From Macrostomum hystrix (Eukaryota > Animalia > Platyhelminthes), in the NCBI GenBank assembly GCA_950097015.1, contig CATNEN010000024.1:5332001-5396000 (forward strand): a stretch of DNA of 64,000 nt, written 5' to 3'. Position numbers and translations under genes: made by a program. Shown one piece after another: positions 25,956 to 39,400 of this stretch. A model generated the notes under the pieces. It was not told the origin of the DNA. It worked only from the letters and a program-made list of their open reading frames with translations, and made no database searches. Every line of letters starts with the position of its first letter. The first letter of the stretch is position 1.

Positions 25956-26676
25956 CAGTAGACCCACAGCCAGCGAGGAGGCAATTCTGCTGACTCCTGA
26001 GCACACACGCGCACAGATATACATATCATACGCAGGCACAAACCCACGCTTGTGCAATTTGTGTACATCTGCCCTGACCTTCGTCATGCGGTGTACACTC
26101 TCACTGAACCACGGAGGTTGGCCCTCAATGACGTACATCGCGGCAAACGATTTAACCGCTCTGCCACTCACCCCATAAAAGGCAGGTTCAGTGGAGTCTA
26201 AGCAATTAATTAATTGAACGAAGTGTTATATTAGAAAAAGGAAAGATCTGCAAGAAGACAGTTTGTCAAGATTTGTTATGAAGTGTTGTAAAAATGCACG
26301 CATATCATAGCTCGTAGAATGCATGCAGAAGAGATAAAGTGAGAATCGATGGAAAAACGCCAATCTAGTCTTCAGCAATGCGCCCTGCTGCTTGCATACG
26401 CAGGCAGCGCAAAATCTTTGCAGAGATTACACTTCGATTTGTCCACAATGGTGCAGTGGAGGGGAGAGAAGCTGAGAGCGGATGTTTAGCAGAGTTCTTA
26501 GCAAAATTGTAACACCAAGTGGACAGGTGCGTGGGGTCGTATGATCAACTGTTTCGATAGCTTTGCGCTGAGGCTCAATAAGTGTAAACATAAATTCAAG
26601 CCATTTGATTTAAGGCTTAGTTGCACAAGCGGAGCCATCTAACTGGTTACTGCATCCAGCTACACAGCAGCCACCG

Positions 26677-29600
26677 ATGGCTGACGCAATTTCAACCAAA
26701 GAGCCGGAGGAGCAGGACTTCTTAGCCCGGGAGATCAGGAGGTTCTATGCCAACCGAGAGCAGCTCAGGAAGACACTGTTAGAGACGCAGGAGTTTATCA
26801 AGCACCGGTTCGCGCAGAATCTATCTACGGAATTCTCGATCTTGGTGACGCAGAACCTCCAGCTGGACAGCGTCTGGCAGCAGGTCAACCGACTATTCAA
26901 CGGTCACGGCAGCGACAGTGGCAACAGTAGTAGCTGCAGCCGGCCGTGCATCATCATTGCCGGTCAGACAAAGTCTGGCAAAAGCTCCTTCATCAATGAA
27001 CTGCTCGGTGAGTGAAGCTTAGAAATCTACCTGTTTAGGTGCAATCAGTATGATGATGAAGTCAGTTCTTATGTATTCTATAAATGTAATGATGATACTA
27101 GCAAATTTAATACGAGAAAAAATTCCTAACCCGTTTAGGGTAGTTGCATGGCCAGTGGAACATGCGTAGCTATTGTGCTGGTGTCCATTTAAATGGATTA
27201 GAAAAAATAATTTTCACTTCTACTAGGGCTGTGGGCAATTGCACAATTTGGGTCAAACTAGACCCGCAGCCAGCGAGGAGCCAATTCTGTCCATTTCGCT
27301 GACTCTTGATCTGCTCTAATTTTCTCATCGTCTACATGTGCCTTCGAGGTTGCCCCTCAAGGGCGTAAACTGTACGACAATCCCCCAAAGCCTTCTCTCC
27401 GCGGCTGCGCCCCACATGAATGTGGCCTCGCGGCGGAATCGAGCTCAGGGACCGTGGTGCGAGAGGCAAACGCGTTAGACCGCCCTGCCACTGACCCACA
27501 ATGTGTCCATTTTAGAGCTTAGTGACTTGGCCACTTGGTGACTTAGGGAATAGGCTGTCTTGCTTGCTGCATTGCTGTCTTGGACACAAATGGTTTCCCT
27601 GGTTGAGATGTTTTGTTCTTGGTCAAAATTCCGAAGCCCAAATCTCAGGGCTGCAACCTCCCCAGTTGTAGGCTGATGCCCCCAGAAGTGCGACCTCCAT
27701 TTTCGTTAACAAACAGTAAGTGGGTAGTTAGTAATCATGAGAATTCTTTCCCAATCTGCTAGCGCACTTAAACAATAATTGAGGCTCAATCTATGGTACA
27801 ACAAAAACTTCTGGAAAATCAGAAGAAATCATGAGGTTCTACTATACTATGCCATTGGTCATCCTATAGTGGTTAGAGCGCTACACTAAAAAATGAGATT
27901 TCTGGTGTCTTAATCTTTATCTAAATTTATAAAAATCTACAACTGTACAACACTCACTGTACATCTATCTTGGCAAAATGATTTCTTGACACTTAAAAGA
28001 CACTTTCTAACTAATCAGAATTCTAGAAACGTTTCACATCATGCGAGAAAAACTCTTAAGACAACCAAGGGGAATTTGTCTGTGAAGAAAACCTTTCTAT
28101 TTCTTGGGAATGGTTTCAGGCAAGCAGCTAAAACATAGAAATGTGCATTTATATCCACACTCGTATATTGGTGAAAAAATCTGGTGTCTCAAGGTGGCAC
28201 ATTCGTGGCCCAGTCGCAGTCTCCATGCACTGCTCGAGTCACTCGGCTCACCTACTCCGAGCGAATCTACGTGCTCGTGCGATCAAAGACGGGAGAGCAG
28301 ATCGGAGATGTCCAGTACATCGAGAAACCGCCAATCAACGAGGACCTGGTGAAACTGGGGGACGAGGATCGGGAGAACGAGGAGCTCATCAGCTCGACGG
28401 TCGAGGCCGGCATCAAGTGTGAGTTCCTGCGACACGGCATCGACATCATCGACTCGCCCGGACTGAATGAGAACTCGTCACTGGACTCGCTGACGCTTGG
28501 AGCGATCGACTCGTTCTTGCCGATCATCATCTACGTCATCGACTCAAACGCCGGAATCACCGTCGCAGTGAGTAGAAAAATACACAAACGCAAAAGCCCA
28601 TTAATTTGCCATAGCTTTTTATAGCTATATAAATAGCTACTCGTACTGAATGGATGTATCACACACGTACCCTTTAAGGTTCAGAAAGACCTTCAGACAA
28701 TTCAGAAGACCGCCTCAGGAGCTGAAATTTTGTACTTAATAACCAAAATGGACGTTGCTGATCACATCGCTGCAGAGATGGGTCGCGAAGTTTCTGAAAT
28801 GGAAGATGAAAAGGCGGAGCACGTTTTTTCTAAACTCCAACGCCTGGGCTACATCGGTCAGGGCGAATCGAGGCAGACCTGCCGAAAGTTCTTGTGTGTC
28901 TCTTGCTGGGAGGTTCGGCGTTTCCGGCGTAAGAAAGAAAAAATCGAGAAGAAAATGAAAAAGAAGAACTTCGACTCTGGATCTAACCTTATGTCGGTTC
29001 TCATGAATGAGATGGAGAACTCAAAGTGGGTGAGGCAGTTTGACGAAGTCAAGAAAAGAATTCTAAAGTTCGCTCAAGATCAATTCAAGAATCTGATTGT
29101 GGGTGCCGGTGGCAGCCTCAGAGCAGTTCACTGTCAGATGCTCACAATGTTCATGGACAAGGCTCACGACATCAAGGAGTCGAACCAGCGCAAGAAGAAA
29201 GCGCTCTACCAAATCAAGAGTCTGGAGCAGGAGATTCACGACCAGTCAAAAACCATCGTGGAGCGTCACCGAGGCGAGTTCCTGGCTCAGGCGAACAAGT
29301 TCTTTGCTGATAAGAAGCCTCTAATTCTAGAAGAAGTGAGAGCGCTGAAGTACTCCGACTCGGTGATTGCAGAAGACATGTCTCAAAGGGATATTGAGAA
29401 AAAGTGTGTAGAGGAGATTCACGTTCTAATCAATGACCGAATCATCGCGACATTCAGCGAATTTTTAAAAGACGGTGCTTTGAAGCTATGCTTCAAGGAT
29501 TTGGACGAACTGAAGGAGAAGGTTGCCGAGTATGAGAGAGACGTGGAACAGACTCCGGCATACCAGGTGCTGAAGAAGACGCTGCTTGAGGGCTATTCAT

Positions 29601-31256
29601 TGTCTTCGAAGGCTATTGTTTGCGGATCTGTGACTTGCTTCATTCGTAACCTCGGCCGCGCTCTTCGGGTGCTGTTTAGACACCCGGACATCTTTTTTGG
29701 CAAGGCTGTTCAGCACCCGACGTGGAAGGAGCACCAGGCCGTTCAGTACCTGAGTGAGTTGTAACGACTCTTTTAAGATATTTTAAGATAAATTAATTTT
29801 TTAATGCTGAAATCCTTTCAGAAAACATCGACCGCGAAAAGTTAGTTGACTGTCTGGTCTCCAGCATTGGTGAATGGTTCGACAAGAGGCATTCCGACTT
29901 TCTAAACTCAATGAGCTACTCTGAGGTCCTTGTTGAGAAGTCCTACCGCATGACTGACCGCGAGCGGAGGGAGATAATCAAGCTTGCTCCTACAGTTGCT
30001 CTACTGCATATGAACGCATTCGCAATCATAACTCGATACAAGTTTCGCAACCACCGACTTGACCTCGACACCTGCCTAGGCTCCGGCGCCCAGGGTCGCG
30101 TCTACCGGGTGCTGTCGCCCAGCGGGATTCCTGTTTTGGCTGCGAAGAAAATCGTCACCAATCGGGCCGGGCTGGAGGAAATCGCTGCCGAAGCCTACCA
30201 CAGCAGGTTGGCTTGGATTGACTCATTCGGCCGGGATCATATTCTTGTGGCGCAATCATTAGAGCTCAGGACTGACCTAGAGGGCCAGGGTTCGAGTCTC
30301 AGCTCAAGGGAAGCCATTTGAGTTCTTGTGCAAAACTTTTTCCCCATTGCTCCGGCTCACCCATCTGGAAAACTAGTGCCAGCATTAGCTGGGGGTAGAA
30401 ATTTTTGCGTGACTTTTTGTGGGATGTAGTGTTGTCTTACACTTAAAATATGCTCCTACTCGTAACTTTCAGTGTTCTTGAGCATCCGAACATTGTGCAA
30501 GTTGTTGGAACTGTCCTGCTAGAGAACGTGAAGAACTCAGGCCAGTGGTCCGTGGAGCTCTACATGGAGCTGATGCACTGCGACGCCCTGACCCTGATGG
30601 AGCAGCACAGCGTCAGCCTGGCCAAGCGGCTCTGGCTGGGCTTGCAGATTTCCAAAGCGCTCGAGTTCCTGCACTCAAGCCAGTTGATTCACCGCGATGT
30701 GAAGCTTGCGAACTTGCTGGTGAACAAAGACCTGACCATAGCCAAGCTGTCGGACTTTGGCCTGCTGAAAAGTCAGGGCTTGGTGAATCACACCCTGGTT
30801 GGCACTCCCATCTACTTGTCGCCTGAGTTAGTTAGGCGCGAGAACTACGGCATTAGCACTGACGTATTTAGCCTTGGAATCGCGCTGTGGTACCTTGTGT
30901 AAGTTGCATTGTATTCAACAAGAAACTTTTTCAGTATCAACAGTGGTAGGGACTTTACTTTTGGCTCGGTGCCGAATAATTTTCGTAAGAAAGCCCACTT
31001 TTTTATTTGGCCCCGAACAAACAGTGAAGGCAGTGGCCGGCGTCACCCGGACTATGTAAATAACCTGAAGACGGTGGAAGAGGTGCTGGCGGCCACCTCT
31101 GACCGAGGCTGTCGGCCTAACCGTCTGCCGCAGGCGTCCGACCCGCTGTGGCAGCTCATGACCCGCTGCTGGGACGAGACGCCATCTAGGAGACCAGCGG
31201 CTGCGGAGGTGTCTCGCAGCTTGGAGGCGATCATTGCCCAGATCGAGGCAGGCTAG
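26677..31256 (+). CDS. DSTYK: DSTYK-like copy C: dynamin-like GTPase fused to a catalytically intact kinase, 940 aa, 6 exons
   Basis: Exons 26677-27007, 28194-28567, 28679-29753, 29822-30206, 30473-30898, 31025-31256 total 2823 nt. GTPase: GQTKSGKS, DSPG, TKMD. Kinase: LGSGAQGRV, LAAK, AAEAYH, HRDVKLAN, SDFG, GTPIYLSPE. Confidence 0.88.
27225..27495 (-). mobile_element. SINE family 2, in intron 1 of copy C
   Basis: The minus-strand head has tggcagggcgg (A box) and gctcgattcc (B box); the body matches 36085-36416. Confidence 0.8.
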
Positions 31257-31897
31257 CTGCTGATTGGCCCGCTTCTTATGTACCATGATGACCAATGGCC
31301 GTTGATATAGACGTCAATAGATTTTTATCTGTAATTAGGGGATAAAATAGATTATTAATTTCTGATATATTGTTATCCCCAGTTCACTATTTAGTGAGCA
31401 AACTATGTTTCATTCGATATTTAGTCTGCAAAAAAATCTAAGGTGTCAGCTATCACTAGAATTCAGTGGCAATAAAACTGTGAGATCTTTTTACTAATCC
31501 TTGATTAATGTCGTGTGTTCTATTTTTATGTGATCGATTAGCGTCATGTGATCAAACAAAAATGCTAAATCTAGATTTTGTTCTTTTAAAGTTCCTTTTG
31601 AGTTAGCGTGCTGGAAATTTAAAGACCAAAAAGTGTAGCCCCTTTTTCTAGTAAACTTTTCCTTTGTAATTCCTTCGGAATTTTATTCTATTGAATAGTA
31701 GAAAAGCGGATTTAGATCAAAGTACCTATAGTTTATAGATGAAGTATGCATGTACCACTAAAAGAAAAAAACGGGACACTTTGTTTCTTGGAAAATTCAT
31801 AAAAAGCATATTTTCATGGAAAACTGCACTAGCAAAATAGAAACTTTTCACTTTTCAGACTAATTGGAAGCAGATCCAATGCTGTTTATTTACTCGT

Positions 31898-32331
31898 AAT
31901 AATAATAATAATTGACACTAGACCCAAGGGCCAGTGCAGGTGTTGTGTGTCAAGCACACTAGTAGGTGGGGACTGCACACCTAATGTGCTCCCCGGCTCT
32001 CTCGGACACCGGTTGACAGCCGCGTGTCAGCAATGGAATTTATTTTTTTCCAAACATATCGGCAGCATCCAAAACCCCATAGAATTGCCACACAGAACTG
32101 CTTTATTCCACGCCAGCCGGAATTATTACTTCCCGACGAAATGTCGGTACTCATTTGCAGCTGAGTAGACTGTGAGCACATCAGTCGGTACTCATTTGCA
32201 GCTGAGTAGACTGTGTGCACATCAGGGCAATGCAGCTTGCCAAAGGCTGCACGAATAGTTCTAGACTAGGTCGGGAGTCGAACCCAGGACCATCTGATCC
32301 AGAGTTCGACGCCTTACTGACTGAGCTATCC
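31898..32331 (-). mobile_element. tRNA-derived SINE family 3, with a short internal duplication
   Basis: Minus-strand head atagctcagtcagtaagg...gggttcgactcccga; CAGCTGCAAATGAGTACC box duplicated at 32145-32217; (att)n tail at 31898-31914. Confidence 0.75.
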
Positions 32332-32699
32332 GTTTATTTAATAAGAGTATATCTTGAAAAACATGTTGCTTCAACGAATTTTAGAAAGCTTCATTCATTA
32401 ATAGTTGATCTTCAAATTATTTTCGCTTTTTATCATGAGGCACAATAGCAACCAATCAGACATAAAATTAGCCAATTAGCATTAAGTAAGCCAACAGATC
32501 TTTTATGAAAAAAAGCCACGCAATTCTCGTACGTTCTCGTAATACTAGATTAGAAAGTGACTGAAGCTTTCGTGTATAATGCTTTCTAAAATTCGCTGAA
32601 GCGACATGATTTGCAAGAAAAATAGAAAAATAGAAAAGTTCCAAGATCGCTAGTGCATTTTTCGGTGAAAATCAGCCTTTAATAAATTTAGGAAGTAAG

Positions 32700-32929
32700 A
32701 GAGGTTGTAGCCTTGTGGTTAGGGCGTGGGACTCACAACTCGAAGGTCGGGGGTTCGATTCCCGACTCCACTGGAACAATTTGTGTCCTTTAGCAAGACA
32801 CTTAACTCTACATTGCTTCAGTTCACCCAGCTGTTAAATGGGTACCAGCATCAGCTGGGATAATTGAAGGTGGGTGTGGCGTCCACCCAGTCCATGGACT
32901 AAACAGCTGTACGCAGCCTTCAGATGCGC
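32700..32929 (+). mobile_element. SINE family 1, 3'-truncated
   Basis: Near-identical to 20607-20840. Confidence 0.85.
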
Positions 32930-33409
32930 GGAAGGACAGCGAAAACAGCGAAACTTTTTACAGAGTCAAATTAGGCTATACGCCTATACAATAATCTACT
33001 AGAATGAGTAATATGAGATTTATAGCAGCGAGACGATTGGTGTACTATTCAAAGCAGCAAGAATTTCTTACCATGTTCTATCATGATCTCTGTCTCTATT
33101 TCCAAGCAACTTACTTCTAAAAGTTATAGTACTGAATCTCAATGGAAACATGCGCTTGTAAATGCGCCAAAGGAGTTGTTAGGAAGAGTATTGCGATAAG
33201 GAGTTGCAAGCACTAAAGTCTAGAACTCGACTACAGGGTGCTACGGGGAGAGAAGAGTGTGCAGTGCACCGCATGTACATTGCATTGTGCGTGGCACATT
33301 TGTGGCTCATTCATGAGTGCAAATGCGAAGAAGCGTTTTTGCATTTAAAAAGGCCAGAGCTTGAGTAGCTCATTTGTTGCTTGTCCAACAAAAATAGGCC
33401 ATCTCACCC

Positions 33410-36400
33410 ATGGCACAGGTTTCGGGGGCCCTGGTCCTGTTTCTCGCTCATCGCAGGAAGCTGGCCGAAGCGCTAGACGCGGCTCATTGTCTGCTAGACG
33501 AGGCGAAGCGGTGGCAGCTCGTGACAGAAAGCTCGGTCGGGAAGCTTGAAGAGACAATGCTCGAGATTCAGCAACTGGTGCGACTGCGCAAAGAAGATTC
33601 TCAGGGCGAGCATCACCGGCAAAGCTGCGGCTTGTTGATTGTAGGCCAGACAAAGGCCGGCAAGAGTACTTTCATCAACGAGCTGCTGGGTGAGGAGGCT
33701 CTTTGATTTCGGCTTTCGGCTGGCCCCAGATGTGGGAGGGGACCAGTGCATCCTTGTCCTTGAGGAAATTGTGAATATTTTCCTGATCTTCTGAACCGAG
33801 AACCTCTTTTTGTTAATTTATACTCTCGTAAACGCAAAGTCAAGTGTCCTGCTAAAGTACACAATTACAGCATTGTTCCAGAGGAGTCGAACTCACGACC
33901 TTCAAGTCATGAGCGAGGTCCACTAGTAGTTAGGTTTAGTAGTACTTAGTCGTGAGTCCGACGCCCTGGCCACTAGGCTAGAAACCCCTATAATAAAGTA
34001 GCGATCCCTACTGTACAACAACGATCCAACCCAAACCCTAACCGTAAAGCAAGTGAATATCTAGCAGCTTGTGGAGCAAAGTTCAGCAACCAAACTTCAT
34101 ATACACCAATTAACAGCTCTTTGAACGGTGATATCGACACGCACTTCCAATTTATTAAGGCGAGCAGGTGGTAACCCAGTCTCAGAATCCCTGCACCTCC
34201 CGGGTGACTCGAATCATCTACTCAGCGGAGCCATTCAGTGACGACAGTCACGATTTGAAAGTCGTCGGACGACCTAGCGAGTTTCTGCTGGCTAGCGGGC
34301 TGGATCTCATCGACACGCCCGGCCTTAATGAGAGCGCTCACCTGGACCAGCTCACTCTAGCCGCCGTTGATACCTTCCTGCCCTTGGTGGTCTACATAGT
34401 CAACGCAAATAATGGCGTTAGCCGCACTGTAAGGCTTTCAGCTTTTTTTAAAGCTCTGGTTAATAGGACGCTTTTTGATTGATGGAACAACACACACGAA
34501 TTCAAACACCCAAAGGTTGAAGAGGACATTCGCAGCCTCCAAGCCCGTCTAGGCGGACCTGATAAGATCTTCTACCTGGCCACGCACATGGACGTTGACG
34601 AGGCCGATACATTAGGATGCGCTCAAACCCGTGAAATCTATGAGCAGGAGAAACTCAATCGGTTGCTAGTTGGACTCCAGCGATTGGGCTGCTTCGGGTC
34701 TGTCGAGCAGCCTCAAGTACATTTAGATGGGAATGTCAAGCTGCTTGGCGAAACTGAGTGGCGAAAAGAACTTCTAGACCAGAGGTTAAATGCAAGCAGC
34801 GACCAGAGATTGAATGGCAGTAAAAAGAAGCGGCCAAGCGCTTCGCTGAACTTACCACAATGGGATCGTTTCTGTTGCATCTCGAGCCGAGTCTTAACCA
34901 ACATCAGACATCGTCGCCGGCGCCAGAAGCTCCGCCAGCGGGACCTGACGCCAGTAAACGAGGAAGAAGCGCATTGGCTGGAAGCCTTCCAGCGAACAAA
35001 GTCCTACCTGACGTCCTTTGTAACCCGACGTCTCACAGAATTGCCCTCAGAGGCAGCTTCGTCGTTGCGTTGTTCCCTGCTTGAAACCCTGCACAGAGAC
35101 GTAACTGAACTGGCTTCGCCGACCGTCGAGGAAGCCTGCCTTACAAGACGCCTGGCGCTGTTGAATATCGGACATGCGGCTGATCGCCTGCTCGCCGATT
35201 CGTCAGCAGCGGTGTCGGTGGTGTCTGTTAGACGCGACCTTGTCCAGTGGCTCACCGCTGCACTAAAGCGAAACTACCGGGAGCTTACAAAAGTGGAACT
35301 TTCGGAGCGTCTGACGGGTCACGAGCTTCTCGGTGTCTTAGCCTGCCAGATAGGTCGCGAGTTCGATATGGGCATGCCCCGTCTAGCCGGACTTTTGCAG
35401 CGCGGAGTGTCTTTGGTGAAACAGATGGAAGCGGCAGTCTTAGAAGGCATGCAGCAGCCTCAACGACAAGCTCTGCGGTCGGCGGCCACCGATGGTTTTC
35501 GGTTAGTCGAACGTAGCCTATTGCGCCAGCTCAGCGACCAGAAAGCGATGAACAACAATGGTGGCAAGCAGACTAATGCAGCTTCTAGCAGTAGGCTCCG
35601 ACTCCTTTGGGGCCAGCAGAAGAAACTGTCAGTTGAGGAAGATTTTATCTGTGAGTCGTGGATATATACACTCGAGTCTTTACTGGAGAAAAGCAATTCA
35701 CTCCGCGGGTTCTAGTCAACCTTGGACTGGTTTTCAAAGGATGTTAATTTACCAGGCTGTGTTAGCAAATTGCTCTCGATGACGATTGACTGAAAAAGTG
35801 TGCATCAGCTGTTTGGTCCCCGTCAATTAAGTTTTTGCCAGTAGTTGCCGCACGTGCAATTCCATAATCTTTATATAGACAAAATAAAGGAATTTAATCA
35901 AAACTGGAAAAGACGAGAGATATATTGTTTTCAAGTGTTAGTAAAAAAATTGCGTAGATTTCCAAAAATACATTATCATAGGATCAAAGACACAGTGTCC
36001 AGACCCATATATCCGCAACGCCATAAACTTCAGGCTTCTTCTTGGTCATCCTAATACGCTCGTAAAAATAAAAATCTTTGCAAGAGGGCTGCGGGCAATG
36101 GCACATCTTTTGGTGACACTAGACTCGCAGCCAACGAGGGGGCAATTCTGTCCATTCTGCTGACTTCTGAGCACACACGCACACACGTACCGTACGCAGA
36201 CACTTGCTCACACAAGTGTGTACCCTGACTTTCTAATCGTCAGGCAGTGCACACTGTCACTGTGCCTTGGAGGTTGGCCCTCAAGGGCGTAAATTGCGCG
36301 ACAAGCCACCAATCCTTCTCTCCGTGGCTGCGCCCCAAGTGAATGTGGCCTCGCCGCGGAATCGAGCGCAGGGACATTGGTGCGAGAGGCAGACGCGTTA

Positions 36401-39400
36401 ACCGCTCTGCCACTCACACCCTTGGTCACCCTACCATGCAGGCACATTGAACCCGACCAGACTGGCTGACGGAATCCTGCAAGACCTGCACGGTTGGTTC
36501 GAGGAGCGGCACCAGCGCTTTATGGAGGCCGTGCGCACGGTCGAGGAATGGCTACAGTTGGAGCTGAGGGCAGCGGCCGAGAAACGGCGCCGTAGTCTGA
36601 CGCTACTGCCGAGGTGCCTGACGCTGAGCCTTCAGCTGGACAGCATTGCCACAGAGTGCGGCCCATTGCGCCCCTACCTGCTGGAATCCAAAGGCTGGCA
36701 GCTGGTTGCCATCGGAGCGCAAGGCAGCAGGCTTTATCGGCATGGGGACCAGGCGATCAAAGAGCTGCTGCTGAGTGAGCGGCAGCTAAGCGAGATCGCA
36801 CCTGGACTGCACGAGAGCCGGTGAGCCATGTCTTAAAAATATCAGAGGACACTACAACACTACAGAGGATGGACTAATCAGATAATTACGATAAAGTTGC
36901 ATTTTTAATTAGTCTGAGAAAATTTCTTATGAAAACAAGCAGTTTCAGTAGGAAGTACTAAGTGAGAAATGAAAAAATCTATAAATGAGGCGTACACAAA
37001 CGTGCATTACAGAAGCGATAGAAACTTTTGTGCAGCTTCGGTGGAAAGGTACTGCTGGAAGTAGTTCGCATATGTGCATACACAATAATAATTGTCGCAA
37101 GGATTTTTTTCAGGGGACGCCGCTTTACTGTCTAATTGGGAGCCGAAATTCCATAAGCCGGATTGCCATGGATTGCCATGGATTGCCATGGATTGCCATG
37201 GATTGCCATGGATTGCCATGGATTGCCATGGACTTGAGGGCTCAGAAATGGAACTGAATATTAAGAGCATATTAACTTTTCCTCAAAGAAGATAAGCTAG
37301 ATTATGTATCAATTAATTTTCTGATGCCCAACAGCTTACAAATTGTGCAGGTTCCACAGTGACAGCAGCAACAGCAACCATCTAATCAAACTCACTGGCC
37401 TTCGATTGGAGAAAATCAACTCGCCCAATGAGCTGCCTCCCGGCATCTGGAGGCTGCAGCTGGTCATGCCCTTCCAGCGCGGATGCTGCGACCTGCCCGC
37501 CTTTCTGACGCAACGGCGGCCCTCGCTAGTAGAGAGGCTCCGCGTTGCTCTGGCGACAGCCGAAGCGGTGTCTTGGCTTCACTCGGAGCTCAAAATGGTG
37601 CATGGCAACCTGCGGCCTTCCAATGTGTTTGTGAGTTTGTCCAAACAAATTGAGAAGTAATCGTGTGAATTAGGATATGAAAATGTGTAGAGTGAAACAA
37701 TAGAATTCTGGGTTAGTAACACAACAGGCTTCAGAGGGGATATTATGAAAGTAGTTATAATCAGCCGTGATGCAGGTCTTGTACCAGTTTCGAAAGGCAC
37801 AAAATTTATTGGATTGTCAAAGTTCCTCAACTGACCTCATGACCTCATCATCTACGCCATCTCAGGTAATGAAATCAGACGAAGAATGGGTTGTAAAACT
37901 GTCGGATCTCGGCCAGCGACTATCAACAACAGATCGGGACGGATCCCCCGAACTAACCTTCACTTTGAGCTCGAGCCCGGGCCAGCGTCTCTCGAGCCGG
38001 ATGGCCAGTCGGGATGTCTGCTCACTGGGCTCGATTCTGAAAATGTTGATGTGAGTTCGCGAGAGCTAGTGTTCTCATATTATCCTTAAAAGTGCTAATT
38101 TTATATTGTTTATTTTGCGTCAATAACGAGGAAATACGAGTACATTATAAATTCGAGCTAAGCCATAGAAAAACAACACAAACATATGTACGTTAAAGGG
38201 CCAAAAATTGAACAAAATATTCAAAAGTTTTAATAAATAACACGAAATATTTGAATCTAGGAGCTTAAAACTGAAATCGAAACTGAACCTGGGATCTAAA
38301 AGTTATTTTGCTCATGAAAAACTAACAGTAGAATGGTAGCGATCGTATTTTTAGGACTTAATCATTCTAAAATACGAAACCTAGATGGCCTCAGGGCAGC
38401 GGCTTTAGCTCGTATTGATCTAAATTATAGTATTCTTTCTATGAAGCCCCCGAGTCTCTCTGTTATTCACGTGCTTTCCTGTCTCATTAAATTCCCTATA
38501 AGCATTTGAAATTTTGAACAGTGCCGGTCACTTTCTCTATGAATTCATTCCTAATGGGCACATAAACGGATAATATAATAAAATAAAACGCAACTTGCCG
38601 GCCAAGCAGTGGCCCGAAAAAGGTGGGACATGCTTCAAAACGCGTTTAAGGGCTAGTTCGTGGACACGCTTCGCTCCGTCAGCCTGGCTCGGGGCATGGG
38701 CGTCGGAGAAGATCAGGTCGATGTAACGGGCCATCGTCCCTGTCCGCGCCTGGGCGGTCCCTGCGGAGTCCACAGAAGCACATCCGCAGCGGCTCAGGGC
38801 AGTAGGCTTCAGCCCTGATCACATGCCCAGCCAGCCGCAGGCGCCGCTGTCTCAGCATGTCGGAAGGCCGCGTCAGTCGCGCTCGCTTGTACAGTGAGTC
38901 GGTCGTCGCGCTTCCTGGGCCGCGGCGGGCGCTAAACGCAGCGCGAAGCAGGGCCGCATGTGTCGCGGTGAGCTGCCCCTCGAGCGCCTCCGTCAGAGTC
39001 CAGGTCTCCGCATGATAGGGCAGATTATAAACGGACCAATCGTACCTAATGTCCTAAACAGAATATCAACTCCGTTCTCTACTTCGACTCTGCACATTTT
39101 CATAAGCGATTTTAGGTTTTGCAGTTCACGATGCCTCGTAGGCCAGTTTCGGGACATTGTGCATGCGCCTTTGTTCCGGGTTAGAGATTATTGCTAGACT
39201 TTTTCCCTGGAGAAAAATCTCTTAATCGTGTAATAAAAATGGCCGAGCTTGGCAGTCTTTTCAACCCTCTGATGTCTTAGGTGTCTTAGGAACTCTGCCT
39301 CAAAGTTGGCCCTGTGCGTTTTGATGGACTTTGTTCTTCAGTCCGTTGACAGTTCCGCATGACTTCGCCATACTTATTTTTCCCTAAGGCCAGCATCGCT

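Larger units (their letters stand above)
24408..26170 (-). mobile_element. SINE family 2 copy split by a hAT insertion (tail 24408-24452; body and head 25956-26170)
   Basis: The tail gagggctgtgggcaatgg...tttggtgaca continues as gtagacccacagccagcgagg at 25958, matching the contiguous copy at 36085-36140. Confidence 0.75.

Noticed and set aside
24296-26171. Long minus-strand ORFs of 590, 564 and 434 aa (VSSLPCVISPVCHLSR repeats)
   Set aside because: They arise from a stop-free 16-bp minisatellite cycling through all three frames inside a hAT element.
36208-36447. 79-aa ORF similar to the end of ORF 62091-63287 (..EGQPPRH..)
   Set aside because: Both are translations of SINE family 2, not a protein family.
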